A stretch of DNA of 64,000 nt from an uncultured Collinsella sp. (GCA_900541855.1 UQLD01000001.1:38052-102051), one strand, 5' to 3'. Positions 28,401 through 39,321 are shown, numbered from the stretch's first letter. Numbers and translations are program-made. The notes: generated by a model not told the origin, from the sequence alone.

Positions 28401-28772
28401 TTACGCCTCCTTTCGAGGAGCAACGACGACGGTGATGTGGGAAGTACGCTTCAGAATGCGAGAAGCGGAACCCTTGGCGCGGGGACGGATGCGCTTAAGC
28501 GTCGGACCCTCGTCAACATAGGCAGCGGCGACAACCAGGTTGTCGGCACGCAGACCGTTGTTGTTCTCGGCGTTCGCAACGGCGGAACGGAGAACCTTCT
28601 CGACATCCACGGCGACGGCGCGGTCGCAGAAGTGGAGGATGTCGAAGGCCTGAGCGACAGGCTTGCGGCGGATCAGATCGACCACCAGGCGGGCCTTGCT
28701 GGGGGAAACACGCACGTACTTAGCGACGGCGCGAACCTCGGTGGCCTCAGTTTCAATAGACTTAGTTGCCAT
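28401..28772 (-). CDS. rplV: 50S ribosomal protein L22
   Basis: [37 protein letters not shown]... Confidence 0.9.
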   Translation of the reverse strand: MATKSIETEATEVRAVAKYVRVSPSKARLVVDLIRRKPVAQAFDILHFCDRAVAVDVEKVLRSAVANAENNNGLRADNLVVAAAYVDEGPTLKRIRPRAKGSASRILKRTSHITVVVAPRKEA

Positions 28773-28786
28773 TTACGGTTAACCCC

Positions 28787-29047
28787 CTATTTGGCCTTGT
28801 GGCCACGGAACGTACGAGTCGGCGCGAACTCGCCGAGCTTGTGACCAACCATGGACTCGGTAACATACACGGGCACATGCTTGCGGCCGTCGTGGACGGC
28901 GATGGTGTGACCAACCATCTCGGGGAAGATGGTGGACGCGCGGGACCAGGTCTTCACGACGTCCTTCTTGCCAGCCTCGTTCATCGCGGTGATACGCGAG
29001 AGAAGGCGAGTCTCCACGAACGGGCCCTTTTTGAGACTTCTGCTCAT
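28787..29047 (-). CDS. rpsS: 30S ribosomal protein S19
   Basis: [19 protein letters not shown]...[32 protein letters not shown]. Confidence 0.95.
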   Translation of the reverse strand: MSRSLKKGPFVETRLLSRITAMNEAGKKDVVKTWSRASTIFPEMVGHTIAVHDGRKHVPVYVTESMVGHKLGEFAPTRTFRGHKAK

Positions 29048-29079
29048 AAGTGCTTTCTCCTAAAACTCGGTATCCGAAA

Positions 29080-29910
29080 TTACTTCTTACGGCGACGAAT
29101 GATGTGCTGGTTCGAGACCTTCTTCTTCTTGCGCGTACGAAGGCCCTTCGTCGGCTTACCCCAGGGGGTAACGGAGGGACGACCAGAGGTGTGGTTCTTG
29201 CCCTCGCCACCGCCGTGCGGGTGGTCGACAGGGTTCATGACGGTACCGCGGACGGTCGGGCGCACGTTCATGTGACGCTTACGGCCGGCCTTGCCGATGA
29301 CGATGTTGGAGTGATCGGCGTTGCCGACCTCACCGACGGTGGCGCGGCAGGTAACGAGGATGCGGCGCATCTCGGAGGAAGGCATACGGACGATGGCGTA
29401 CTTGCCCTCCTTACCCATCAGCTGGCAGGAGTTACCGGCGGAACGGGCGATAGCAGCGCCCTTGCCCGGCTGGAACTCGACGGCGTGGATGAGCGTACCG
29501 ACGGGGATGTCGGCGAGGGGCAGAGCGTTGCCCGGCTTGATGTCGGCGTCAGAACCGGACATGATGGTCTGACCGACCTCGAGGCCCTTGGGGGCCAGGA
29601 TGTAGCGCTTCTCACCGTCAGCGTAGTGCAGCAGAGCGATGCGAGCGGAACGGTTCGGATCGTACTCGATCGTGGCAACCTTGGCGGGCACGCCGTCCTT
29701 GTTGCGCTTGAAGTCGATCACGCGGTAACGACGCTTCACGCCGCCGCCCTGGTGGCGGGTGGTGATACGGCCGTTGTTGTTACGACCGGCCTTCTTGGGC
29801 AGGGGCTCGAGAAGAGACTTCTCGGGCTTGGTGCAGGTGATCTCGGAGAAATCGGAGATCGTCTGCCAACGCCTACCAGCGGAGGTCGGCTTAAGGTGCT
29901 TTACAGCCAT
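29080..29910 (-). CDS. rplB: 50S ribosomal protein L2
   Basis: [14 protein letters not shown]... start ATG 29910 with RBS GAAAGGG. The track ORF begins 25 codons earlier. Conserved HPHGGGEGK. Confidence 0.95.
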   Translation of the reverse strand: MAVKHLKPTSAGRRWQTISDFSEITCTKPEKSLLEPLPKKAGRNNNGRITTRHQGGGVKRRYRVIDFKRNKDGVPAKVATIEYDPNRSARIALLHYADGEKRYILAPKGLEVGQTIMSGSDADIKPGNALPLADIPVGTLIHAVEFQPGKGAAIARSAGNSCQLMGKEGKYAIVRMPSSEMRRILVTCRATVGEVGNADHSNIVIGKAGRKRHMNVRPTVRGTVMNPVDHPHGGGEGKNHTSGRPSVTPWGKPTKGLRTRKKKKVSNQHIIRRRKK

Positions 29911-30089
29911 TACAATCCCTTTCAATAGGAATCCGTTAGCCATCGCAGACAGGGATTCGAGGTTCTGCCTCGGGTGCGATGACACCGGACGTATACACGG
30001 TTCCGGGCGTGTCCATTTTATACGCCCAAAACCTTGAGCTCTCGCCTCCCCTATTTGGGAGGCATGAGCTCACTCAACAGCAGCGAGTC

Positions 30090-30377
30090 TTAGGCCTGGT
30101 TGCCAAAGACCTCGATGGTGTCGCCCTCGGCCAGCGTGACGATGGCCTTCTTCCAAGAACGGGTCTTGCCGGCGACATAGCGCACGCGCTTGGTCTTGGG
30201 CTTGACCGTCAGGGTGTTCACGCGAACGACCTTGACGCCGAAGATCTCCTCGACAGCGTCCTTGATCTGATACTTGTTAGCATCCTTGGCGACCTCGAAC
30301 GTGTACTTGTTCAGCTCCATGCCGGAGAAGGAACGCTCGGACACGATCGGACGGATGATGATCTCGTGGGCGGTCAT
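30090..30377 (-). CDS. rplW: 50S ribosomal protein L23
   Basis: MTAHEIIIRPIVSERSFSGMELNKYTFEVAKDANK... Confidence 0.9.
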   Translation of the reverse strand: MTAHEIIIRPIVSERSFSGMELNKYTFEVAKDANKYQIKDAVEEIFGVKVVRVNTLTVKPKTKRVRYVAGKTRSWKKAIVTLAEGDTIEVFGNQA

Positions 30378-31004
30378 TTATGCAAGCACCTCCCCGAAGT
30401 GAGCGGCGATGTCGGCGGGCATCAGCACAGCGTTGTTGTTGACGAGATCGTAGGTGTTGGCCTCGTCGGCAGTGATGATGAACGTCTTGGGAATGTTGCG
30501 GAACGACAGGTAGGCGTTGACGTCCTCATCGCGAACGATGATGGTCAGACGCTTGCCCTCAAGGCCGAGAGCCTTGAGCATGGCGACGGCAGCCTTGGTG
30601 GAAGGCTTCTCGAAGCCGTAGTCGTCGACGAGCACGAGCTCGCCATCGGCCAGCTTGGCGGACAGCGCGGAGCGCATAGCCAGCTTGACCTCCTTGTTGT
30701 TCATACGCTTAGCGTAAGAACGGGGCTTGGGGGCGAAGACAACGCCACCGTGACGCCACTGGGCAGCACGGATGGAACCCTGGCGGGCACGGCCGGTGCC
30801 CTTCTGACGCCAAGGCTTCTTGCCGCCACCGGAAACCTCAGAGCGGCCCTTAGCGGACTGGGTGCCCTGACGCCAAGAGGCCATCTGGCACTTGACGATG
30901 TGGTGCATAACGTGGATGTTCGGCTCGATGCCGTACACCTCAGCGGCGAGCTCGGCCTCGGCGACCTTCTTGCCCTCGCTGTTCTTTACTTCAAACTTTG
31001 CCAT
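30378..31004 (-). CDS. rplD: 50S ribosomal protein L4
   Basis: MAKFEVKNSEGKKVAEAEL... Confidence 0.9.
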   Translation of the reverse strand: MAKFEVKNSEGKKVAEAELAAEVYGIEPNIHVMHHIVKCQMASWRQGTQSAKGRSEVSGGGKKPWRQKGTGRARQGSIRAAQWRHGGVVFAPKPRSYAKRMNNKEVKLAMRSALSAKLADGELVLVDDYGFEKPSTKAAVAMLKALGLEGKRLTIIVRDEDVNAYLSFRNIPKTFIITADEANTYDLVNNNAVLMPADIAAHFGEVLA

Positions 31005-31050
31005 TTAAGTGTTCTCCTTGGTATGACGCTGGGCTAAATGGGCTGGGCCC

Positions 31051-31671
31051 TTAGGCCATACGGATGGCGACGAGACCATTCTTGGCACCCGGGACAGCGC
31101 CCTTGACCAAGATGAGGTTCTGCTCGGCATCGATGCGGACAACGGAAAGGTTCTTGACGGTAACGCGCTCGTTACCCATGTGACCGGCCATCTTGACGCC
31201 CTTGAGGACGCGCGCAGGATAGGCGCACTGACCGATAGAACCGGGGTGACGCTGGAAGTGAGAACCATGCGTCATAGGACCGCGGCGCTGACCCCAGCGC
31301 TTGATGCGACCCTGGAAGCCCTTACCCTTGGAGGTACCGATGACGTCGACCTTCTCGACATCAGCGAAATCAGCGACGGTGACGACCTCGCCGACCTTGT
31401 GCTCCTCGCCGTTCTCGACGCGGACCTCACGAAGGAAACGGACAGGCTCGACGCCAGCCTTGGCGAAGTGACCAGCCATGGGCTTGTTCACGTTCTTGGC
31501 CTTGATGTCGCCGAAACCGATCTGGACGGCGTCATAGCCGTCGGTTGCCTGAGTTTTAACCTGCGAGACAGCGCAGGGGCCAGCCTGGATGACCGTGACG
31601 GGAACGACGTTGTCGTCCTCGTCCCAAACCTGGGTCATGCCAATCTTGCGGCCGAGAATCATGCTGATCAA
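31051..31671 (-). CDS. rplC: 50S ribosomal protein L3
   Basis: [29 protein letters not shown]...[22 protein letters not shown]. Start codon uncertain (TTG at 31671 or the ATG 9 nt downstream). Confidence 0.9.
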   Translation of the reverse strand: MISMILGRKIGMTQVWDEDDNVVPVTVIQAGPCAVSQVKTQATDGYDAVQIGFGDIKAKNVNKPMAGHFAKAGVEPVRFLREVRVENGEEHKVGEVVTVADFADVEKVDVIGTSKGKGFQGRIKRWGQRRGPMTHGSHFQRHPGSIGQCAYPARVLKGVKMAGHMGNERVTVKNLSVVRIDAEQNLILVKGAVPGAKNGLVAIRMA

Positions 31672-31938
31672 GATATGATCCCAACTCTCGCGTGGTCTTG
31701 GGACAATGCGTACACCACCGAGCGTACGCCCCTAGAGGACCACTACTTACACGACGTGCTCCCCAGCCTTGTATTGCGTCCGGACTACCTGACAACCCTA
31801 TTAAGCAGGCATTTTGTCCAGCCAGAATACTCCCCTGGTTACACACAGTTGTTTAGTATACACGGCTGCGGGCGTATCCATCGAGATTCATATTTCACTC
31901 ACATTGTTTACGCAGGTAAAGTGCGTGGAGTCGCCTGG
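31672..31938 (-). promoter_or_regulatory. Promoter/5' leader of the rplC-rplX operon (rpsJ is NOT adjacent here); possible r-protein autoregulatory leader
   Basis: ~270-bp untranslated region upstream of rplC on the minus strand. The leader role is by analogy to S10-operon leaders, not verified. Confidence 0.3.
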
Positions 31939-32075
31939 GCTTGGCAGAGGGGCGGCGAAATATATTAAGTTTGCTGCTCTACAGTCCTGCGCAAGACGGA
32001 AAGCACATTAAGTGCTTTCCTTTGCGTGCGGAACTCGCGACAAACTTAATATATTTCGCCGCCCCTCTGCCAAGC
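31939..32075. repeat. Nested perfect-palindrome element, copy 2: 35-bp perfect arms (GCTTGGCAGAGGGGCGGCGAAATATATTAAGTTTG) + conserved core
   Basis: Arms 31939-31973 and 32041-32075 are exact reverse complements. The core CAGTCCTGCGCAAGACGGAAAGCACATTAAGTGCTTTCCTTTGCGTGCGGAACTCGCGAC is identical to copy 3. Confidence 0.85.
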
Positions 32076-32119
32076 TCGGGAGACGACACGTTGATGTCTG
32101 CTTAACTCTGCTCGCTCAG

Positions 32120-32746
32120 CTAATTTCTTTGTTGGGGGTCCACTATTTGCTGGAGAGTGAACTTGCATTGCATTGGCTCGCCCTCTGCTTGTAGTTTTTC
32201 CTCGTCAAAATCGAAGATCATGATGGCGCAGTTGGGGAGTTTTGTTGGGAGCTCGAAGCCCTCTGGGGCTGCAGCCTTGATGAATTGGCGGCTGGCGCTG
32301 CCGTGGCTTACTGCTAGGAGGGTTTCGATGCCCTCGGCTCCCATGAGATTGGTGAGGGTGTCTACCATGCGTTCTTGCAGCGCGCGGCTTCCTTCTCCTC
32401 CAAAGGGGACCAGGTCCTCGCCCGGATCCCAGACGTCGGTGGGCAGCGCGTCGTGCGGGCCTTCTTCGAAGGAGCCGTAGCAGCGCTCGATGATGCCTTC
32501 GCAGGGCTCGACTGCTGCGTCCGGGCCGAGGAGCTCGCATGCGACGAGCTGAGCTGTGTCCATGGCTCGGCCTAAGGGTGATGAGGCCACTTTGTCGGGA
32601 ACGACGTTGTGGGCTTTGAGCCATGCGGCTGCCATCCCGGCTTGCTGACGGCCCAAATCGGTGAGCGGTGAATCGCAACGACCTTGGACGAGCTTTTTGA
32701 CGTTGAATTCCGTCTGGCCGTGGCGGAGCAGATACAGCTTCTTCAT
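32120..32746 (-). CDS. histidine phosphatase family protein (phosphoglycerate mutase-like)
   Basis: LLRHGQTEFN catalytic RHG motif. Confidence 0.8.
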   Translation of the reverse strand: MKKLYLLRHGQTEFNVKKLVQGRCDSPLTDLGRQQAGMAAAWLKAHNVVPDKVASSPLGRAMDTAQLVACELLGPDAAVEPCEGIIERCYGSFEEGPHDALPTDVWDPGEDLVPFGGEGSRALQERMVDTLTNLMGAEGIETLLAVSHGSASRQFIKAAAPEGFELPTKLPNCAIMIFDFDEEKLQAEGEPMQCKFTLQQIVDPQQRN

Positions 32747-32785
32747 AGTCTCCCCTTCTGTATAACTTGCTTTACCGGCGCAGCC

Positions 32786-33940
32786 CTACTCGTGGGTATG
32801 GCCTACGTAGTCTTCATCGATCGTAATCTTGGCAATCGACTTGGGGTATTCCGACTCGACCCGTTTCGCCAACGCGTGCTTTAAGTCTTCGGCGTTCATC
32901 GCCAAATCCGAGGGTCGCACGCAGTCAAAGATCACGTTGGTGTGCGTAGGGCCCGGCACACAGCGCAGGTCGTGAATCGAAAGGCGACTATCGATCTCCT
33001 GAGCCATTGCGTTAATGCGTAAACGCATGCTCGCCACCTTGGGATCGTCGGTCACGATGGGATCGTAATGGAGCGTGACGATCATGCCGTCTTCGTTCCT
33101 AAACGCCTGCTCAATATTGTCGAGCGTGTCGTGACTTTCCATCGGGCTGGCTTCGGCCGCCATCTCGGCGTGAGCGCTTGCGAACTTCCTGCCCGGGCCG
33201 TAGTCGTGAACCATCAAATCGTGAACGCCCAAAACGCCGGGATAGCTCATGATCTTGTCTCGAATGTGCTTGACCAGCTTAGGATCGGGCGTCTGGCCCA
33301 AAAGCGGGCTCACCGTATCCTGGATGAGTTCAAAACCGCTCCAGCCAATATAGGCACCAACGGCAAGGCCGACCCAAGCGTCAAGATTGATGCCCGTCAC
33401 CTGCGAAACAACTGCGCACGCCAGCACGGCACCCGTGGCAAGGACATCGTTCTTGGAATCCTGAGCCGTCGCATGCAGTGTCTCGGACTCGATACGGTCG
33501 CCGAGCTTTTGGTTGAGGGCCGCCATCCAGAGCTTTACGACCATCGAAAGCACTAGAACTGCCACCAGGGCAAGCGAGAACTCGACAGGTTCGGGGTGGA
33601 TGACGCGCTCGACCGAGGACTTCACCAGCTCAACGCCAATCAGCAGCACGAGTGCCGCCACGACCAGACCCGAGAGATACTCGTAGCGACCGTGGCCGTA
33701 AGGATGCTCGGGGTCGGCCGGCTTGCTCGCCAGCTTAAAGCCCAGCACGCTCACGATATTCGAGCTGGCATCGGACAGGTTGTTCATGGCATCCGCAACA
33801 ATCGAAACCGATCCCGAAACCACACCAATTGCACCCTTCGCAGCACAAAGCGCAACATTGGCGACAATACACACCATGCCCGCTAACGTGCCCACACGCG
33901 CACGATCGCCCTGTGCGCGCCCAACAATCCACTCGACCAT
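32786..33940 (-). CDS. cation diffusion facilitator (CDF) family metal efflux transporter
   Basis: 6 TM N-terminal domain with NLSDASSNIVS/HGH motifs, cytoplasmic C-terminal domain. Confidence 0.8.
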   Translation of the reverse strand: MVEWIVGRAQGDRARVGTLAGMVCIVANVALCAAKGAIGVVSGSVSIVADAMNNLSDASSNIVSVLGFKLASKPADPEHPYGHGRYEYLSGLVVAALVLLIGVELVKSSVERVIHPEPVEFSLALVAVLVLSMVVKLWMAALNQKLGDRIESETLHATAQDSKNDVLATGAVLACAVVSQVTGINLDAWVGLAVGAYIGWSGFELIQDTVSPLLGQTPDPKLVKHIRDKIMSYPGVLGVHDLMVHDYGPGRKFASAHAEMAAEASPMESHDTLDNIEQAFRNEDGMIVTLHYDPIVTDDPKVASMRLRINAMAQEIDSRLSIHDLRCVPGPTHTNVIFDCVRPSDLAMNAEDLKHALAKRVESEYPKSIAKITIDEDYVGHTHE

Positions 33941-34089
33941 CTACATCCGCCCCCACGGTACTACCTATATATCTATTGCTCAAACGGATTGTAGTGTAGC
34001 CACTTTGTCCTCAAGATACAAAAGGCCGCAGCCCACACGAGCCACGGCCTTGGAACACGACAAAGGGATCGTCCTTTTGTCGCACAGGT

Positions 34090-35306
34090 TTATGCGCTTA
34101 CTTCAGCAGCGCTCGCCACTGTTTCGGGCGAATCGCCTCCGTCCCCCGTCGCCTGTCCCTTCGCCGGCACCACGCCAAAGCAGTAGCTCAGCGCCGCAGA
34201 CACCGCAAATGCCGTGCCGCCGGCAGCGCAGCACCACAGCAGGTTCGGGATGCCGCCCGTGGCAAAGCCAATGACCATGAGGACATTCGTCATGCCGATG
34301 GTATAGGCCGTAACGTGGCCCACGGCCGCAACAAGGCCTCCGACGGCGCCGCCAATGGCCATGCACGTCAGGCACCTGCCATATTTAAAGCCGCAACCGT
34401 ACAGCGCCGGCTCGCTTACGCCGCCAAGAACACCCGAGATCGAATAGCCCAGCATGAGCGTCTTCTCGTCCTTATCCGCAACGCGGAGCGACGCGCCAAA
34501 GGGCATGCCCCAAACGGCAAACGTTGCCATCGTCGCGGCGATCAGGATGCACGAATCCGTTCCCACACTCATAAACTGCGCATAGGCGAGCGATAGGACA
34601 ACGTTGCTGACGCCGGCGATCTTTAGGAACTCCCAGCCCGCGGCAAGCCCCATGAGCGTGAGCAGCGACACGATGCCACCGGAATTGCCAAGCATAAACA
34701 TAAGCTGGCCCAACAGCATGCCCAAATAGCTACCAGCCGGCGCCGTGATACACAGCGAAACCGGAACCATGAAAAGCATGGTCGCAAACGGAACAAACGA
34801 AAACGCCACGGCCTTAGGGATAACGCGTTTAAAGAAACACTCCACTCGCCATAGCACGGGCACCGAGATGAGAACCGGAATAACGGTCGTCGTGTAATCG
34901 TTGACCGGCGCGGGAAGCAGACCATACACGGAAGTCATCGATGTCCCCGTCGTCGATGCGGCATCGACGAGCTTAAGCAGATCGGGCGCAATCAATACGC
35001 CGCCCAGCATCATGCCCAGCTGCTCCGAGCAACCGAGCTGGCGAGCGGCGGCCCAGCCAAGATAGATGGGCAAAAAGTAGTAGCCGGCGTTATAGAGCCA
35101 ACTGTAGAACAGACGATAGATATCAGAATCGGCAGACCACAGGCCCAGCATGCCTTCGCCCATAATGACAGCGACGGTGCGGAACAACGCCGCGCAGACA
35201 ATAAACGGCAGCGCCGACATCATGCTTTTGGACAGATAGTCCACCACGGCCATGGCGTTTGATGAAACCGACGTTGTAAACGAGGTGTTAGAAACTTGTA
35301 GCATGG
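34090..35306 (-). CDS. PTS transporter subunit EIIC (glucose/sucrose-type), stand-alone C domain
   Basis: Polytopic protein. GVSEPALYG resembles the GITEP motif of Glc-family EIIC. RBS GGGAAAGG before ATG 35306. The track ORF starts 66 codons earlier in a low-complexity stretch. Confidence 0.65.
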
Positions 35307-35344
35307 AACGCCTTTCCCAATATGACATGCGGGCTGTCCCTTTG

Positions 35345-37069
35345 TCACATCGTGCGGTACTGACCGATTGCGCGGTACTTTTCGTAGCGGAGGTTTGTGA
35401 GGGTCGCGTCGTCGAGCTGCCCAAGCGTATCGAAGGCATCAAATGCCGAGGACATGACGGCACCGGCAATCTCCTCATGCGACAGGCCCCTATCGTCAAC
35501 AATGCCGTCGATGATGCCGAGCGCCAACAGATCGGGGGCCGTGAGCTTCAGCGCCTCGGCGGCCTCATTCGCGCGCTCGGTATCCTTCCACAGGATCGAC
35601 GCACAGGCCTCGGGGCTCACGACCGAATAGGCCGAGCTCGAGAGCATCAGGATGCGGTCGGCCACGGACAGCGCCAGCGCGCCACCAGAGCCGCCCTCGC
35701 CTGTCACCACCGAGACAATCGGCGTCTTGAGGCCGCTCATCTCCATGAGATTCTGGGCAATCGCCTCGCCCTGGCCGCGCTCCTCGGCACCGATGCCGCA
35801 AAACGCGCCCGAAGTATCGACCAGACACAGAACCGGTCGACCAAACTTTTCGGCCTGGCGCATAAGGCGACGCGCTTTGCGGTAGCCCTCGGGATGTGCC
35901 ATACCAAAGTTGCGACGCATGCGCTCTTTGGTCGTGGTACCGCGCTCGACGGCGATAACCGTCACGGGTCGCCCGTCTTTCCAGCCAATGCCAGCCACCA
36001 CGGCGGCGTCGTCGCCAAAGTAACGGTCGCCATGCAGCTCCACAAATCCATCCAGGCCCAGCGAGATCATCTCGCCCGCCGTGGCGCGATCTGCCGAGCG
36101 GGTCTGCTTGACAATCTCGAGCGCGGTTTTTGGTGCGGCCGAGCGCTTGAACAAGTGTCCCAACTTTTTGCCGCGGCGACCCGTATGCACGATCTCATGC
36201 GGTGCCCCCAGGCCGGGCGCGTGCCCTTCGTGCAGCGCCAGCAGCTCGCCTACCGTGAGCGCAATCTCGCCACGCGGAACGACGGCATCGCAAAAGCCGT
36301 GCTCCAGCAAAAACTCGGAGCGCTGGAATCCCTTGGGCAGGCGCTTGTGCATGTTCTGCTCGATCACGCGCGGGCCGGCAAATGCCGTCAGGGCATCGGG
36401 CTCGGCCAGGATAATATCGCCCTCCATGGCAAAGCTCGCGGTTACGCCTCCGGTCGTGGGGTCAGTGAGCACCGTGATATACAGGCCGCCCGCCTCGCTA
36501 TGGCACCTAACCGCCGCAGAAATCTTGGCCATCTGCATAAGCGAGGTCACGCCCTCTTGCATGCGCGCACCGCCCGAAACGGTAAAGCCGACAACTGGCA
36601 ATCCCAGCTCGGTCGCACGCTCAAATGCGCGACAGATCTTCTCGCCCACCACGGAGCCCATCGAGCCCATCATAAAGTTAGCGTCCATAAAGAAGAGCGC
36701 GGTATCGCAACCGCAGATTTTGCCCCTGCCGCACACAACGGCATCGCGCTCGCCCGAACGCTCGCTCACGCTCTTGAGCTTATCGGCATAGCCGGGAAAC
36801 GAGAGGAAGTCCTCCGACGCCAGATTGGCATCCCATTCCTCAAACGTGCCCTCGTCGACCGTCATGCGCATGCGCGTGCGACCGCTCACGCGAAAGTGTT
36901 TGCCGCAACGAGGGCAGACCTCGAGGTTGTCGTGCAGGCGTGCCTCATCGATCACGCGGCGGCACTCCGGGCACTTGATAAACACGTGGCGCGCGGGAAA
37001 CTCGGCGCACGACTCGGTCATCGGCCCCTCGAGGACGTTGACCGTCTTCGCTTTTCTATTCATCAGCAT
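35345..37069 (-). CDS. accD: acetyl-CoA carboxylase carboxyltransferase, fused beta (AccD, N-terminal Zn-ribbon CPECRRV...CPRCGKH) + alpha (AccA) subunits
   Basis: 574 aa. N-terminal C4 zinc finger typical of AccD. C-terminal half is AccA-like (GGSGGALA). Confidence 0.85.
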   Translation of the reverse strand: MLMNRKAKTVNVLEGPMTESCAEFPARHVFIKCPECRRVIDEARLHDNLEVCPRCGKHFRVSGRTRMRMTVDEGTFEEWDANLASEDFLSFPGYADKLKSVSERSGERDAVVCGRGKICGCDTALFFMDANFMMGSMGSVVGEKICRAFERATELGLPVVGFTVSGGARMQEGVTSLMQMAKISAAVRCHSEAGGLYITVLTDPTTGGVTASFAMEGDIILAEPDALTAFAGPRVIEQNMHKRLPKGFQRSEFLLEHGFCDAVVPRGEIALTVGELLALHEGHAPGLGAPHEIVHTGRRGKKLGHLFKRSAAPKTALEIVKQTRSADRATAGEMISLGLDGFVELHGDRYFGDDAAVVAGIGWKDGRPVTVIAVERGTTTKERMRRNFGMAHPEGYRKARRLMRQAEKFGRPVLCLVDTSGAFCGIGAEERGQGEAIAQNLMEMSGLKTPIVSVVTGEGGSGGALALSVADRILMLSSSAYSVVSPEACASILWKDTERANEAAEALKLTAPDLLALGIIDGIVDDRGLSHEEIAGAVMSSAFDAFDTLGQLDDATLTNLRYEKYRAIGQYRTM

Positions 37070-38399
37070 AGAGATGCCCCATCAGATCAGTGTGATACAT
37101 GCCCGACAAGAACTCGTCGTTTGCCAGCACGTCGAGCTGAAGCTCGCTGTTTTCGCTCACGCCCTCAATCACGAGCTCGCCCAGGGCCGAGCGCATCTTG
37201 CGAATGGCACCGTCACGCGTGGGCGCGCACACGATGAGCTTGCCGAGCATGGAGTCGTAGTACGGCGGAACGGCGGCCCCGGTAAACATGGCGGAATCCC
37301 AGCGCACGCGCGGACCACCCGGCACACGCAACGCAGTGACCGTTCCGCATGACGGCAGAAAGTCCGGCGTTTCGGCATTGATGCGGCACTCCATGGCGTG
37401 GTTGCGAACCGGCATGTCCTCCTGCTCAAAGGGCAAAGGCTGGCCGGCTGCCACGCGCAACTGCCACTTGACCAGGTCGGTATCGGTCACAAACTCCGTA
37501 ACCGGATGCTCCACCTGCAAGCGCGTGTTCATTTCCATAAAGTAGAAATTGCCATCGTCCGAATACAGGAACTCGATGGTACCGGCTCCTTCGTAGCCAA
37601 CGGCACGAGCCAGGTCACGCGCCGCCTTGTGCATACGGGCACGAATATCGTCGTGTCCGTCGAGGCACGGCGCGGGGCTCTCCTCGATCAGCTTTTGGTT
37701 GCGACGTTGCACCGAGCACTCGCGCTCGCCGAGCGAAAACACATGGCCCTGCTTATCGGCCATAATCTGCACCTCAACGTGGTGCGCCGGCGCGACAAAC
37801 TTCTCCATGTAGCACTCGCCGTCGCCAAAAACGGCCTCGCCCTCGGCACGCGCCTCGATGAACGCCTTTGCCGCATCTTCCACGCGCTCGACCTTGCGAA
37901 TGCCGCGACCGCCGCCACCTGCACGCGCCTTGATGAGCACGGGACAGCCAATGCGCTCGGCCTCGACCGTTGCCTCCTCGGGACTTTTGAGCAAATCGCA
38001 ACCCGGAACGATGGGCACGCCCGCCGCGGCAGCCGTTCGGCGTGCGGCGTCCTTGTCGCCCATGCTGTCGATGACCTCGGCCGAGGGACCAACAAACGCC
38101 AGGCCATACTTGTCGCAGTCGCGCACGAAGCTCGCCTTCTCGGAAAAGAAACCGTAGCCAGGATGGATCGCCTTTGCCCCCGACTTTACGGCACAGGTGA
38201 GCACAGCGTTGTCGTTGAGGTAGCTCTCGGCAAGACGCGGGCCGCCGATGCAATATGCCTCGTCGGCAAGCTGCACGTGCAGCGCGTCCGCATCGGCCGT
38301 GGAGTAGACGGCGACGGTCTTGATGCCCATATCGCGGCACGCGCGGATAACACGGACCGCGACTTCGCCGCGGTTGGCGATGAGCACTTTGTCGAACAT
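37056..38399 (-). CDS. accC: acetyl-CoA carboxylase biotin carboxylase subunit
   Basis: MFDKVLIANRGEVAVRVIRACRDMGIKTVAVYS... ATP-grasp. RBS GGAAGG before ATG 38399. The track ORF begins upstream in an Arg/Ala-rich stretch. Confidence 0.9.
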   Translation of the reverse strand: MFDKVLIANRGEVAVRVIRACRDMGIKTVAVYSTADADALHVQLADEAYCIGGPRLAESYLNDNAVLTCAVKSGAKAIHPGYGFFSEKASFVRDCDKYGLAFVGPSAEVIDSMGDKDAARRTAAAAGVPIVPGCDLLKSPEEATVEAERIGCPVLIKARAGGGGRGIRKVERVEDAAKAFIEARAEGEAVFGDGECYMEKFVAPAHHVEVQIMADKQGHVFSLGERECSVQRRNQKLIEESPAPCLDGHDDIRARMHKAARDLARAVGYEGAGTIEFLYSDDGNFYFMEMNTRLQVEHPVTEFVTDTDLVKWQLRVAAGQPLPFEQEDMPVRNHAMECRINAETPDFLPSCGTVTALRVPGGPRVRWDSAMFTGAAVPPYYDSMLGKLIVCAPTRDGAIRKMRSALGELVIEGVSENSELQLDVLANDEFLSGMYHTDLMGHLYADE

Positions 38400-38409
38400 G
38401 AAGCCTTCC

Positions 38410-38841
38410 TTAACTTTCGTGCATGAGTGCAAAAGACATATCGGCGCGGCAGCAAACCTCACCGTTGACGCTCGCAGTACCCGTCGCAAAGCGGAACGGC
38501 CCGCGCGCACGCGTGATGGAGCACACCAGATCAACCGTGTCGCCCGGGCGCACCGGACGCTTAAAGCGCACCTTGTCCAGACTGGTGTAGAACGGCGTCG
38601 CGCCGCGCGCCTCCTCATCGCCCATCAGCAGCACGCAGCAGTTCTGGGCGAGCATCTCGCACTGAATCACGCCGGGGACAACCGGGTTTCCCGGAAAATG
38701 CCCCTGCAAAAAGTACTCGTCGCCCGTAATCGTGATCTTGCCGTGGGCCTCGTCGCCCACCAGCTCGGCTTCGTCGAGCAAAAGCATCGGCTCGCGATGC
38801 GGCAACAGCTTCTTGAGCTCTTCTTTGTTCATGGATATCAC
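38410..38841 (-). CDS. fabZ: 3-hydroxyacyl-ACP dehydratase FabZ
   Basis: LPHREPMLLLDEA...GHFPGNPVVPGV hot-dog fold motifs. Confidence 0.9.
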   Translation of the reverse strand: MISMNKEELKKLLPHREPMLLLDEAELVGDEAHGKITITGDEYFLQGHFPGNPVVPGVIQCEMLAQNCCVLLMGDEEARGATPFYTSLDKVRFKRPVRPGDTVDLVCSITRARGPFRFATGTASVNGEVCCRADMSFALMHES

Positions 38842-39318
38842 CTATCCGATCCTCATGAGGCAGCTGCCGAACTCCACGAGGTCGCCGTCGGCCACGCAGA
38901 TCTCGAGCACCTCGCCATCCGCGTCGGCCGTCACCTCGTTGAGAACCTTCATGGCCTCGATGATGCAGAGGGTCTCGCCGGCCTTGACCTTGGAGCCCAC
39001 GTGCACAAACGGCTCGTCGCCCGGCGCCGGGGCAGCATAGAACACGCCGACCATGGGAGCGGTCACCTCGGTGCCCTTGGGCTCCGGTGCGGCGGCAGGC
39101 GCCTGCGCGGCGGGCTCCGGTGCGGCGGCAGGCATGGCGACAGGAGCCACCGCCGGAGCAGTCACGGCACCCGGCATAGGCATGGGCACGGCAACCGGCT
39201 GTGCGGCGCTCGCGCGCTCGAGTTCGACCGCGGTGCCATCGGGCTCCTCAACGCGTACGCGCGTGAGGCCGCGGTCCTCCATAACATCGGCTATCTCGGC
39301 AAGTCTTTTGGAATCCAT
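38842..39318 (-). CDS. accB: acetyl-CoA carboxylase biotin carboxyl carrier protein
   Basis: Ala/Pro-rich linker and the biotinyl motif CIIEAMKVLNEV. Confidence 0.9.
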   Translation of the reverse strand: MDSKRLAEIADVMEDRGLTRVRVEEPDGTAVELERASAAQPVAVPMPMPGAVTAPAVAPVAMPAAAPEPAAQAPAAAPEPKGTEVTAPMVGVFYAAPAPGDEPFVHVGSKVKAGETLCIIEAMKVLNEVTADADGEVLEICVADGDLVEFGSCLMRIG

Positions 39319-39321
39319 GCT

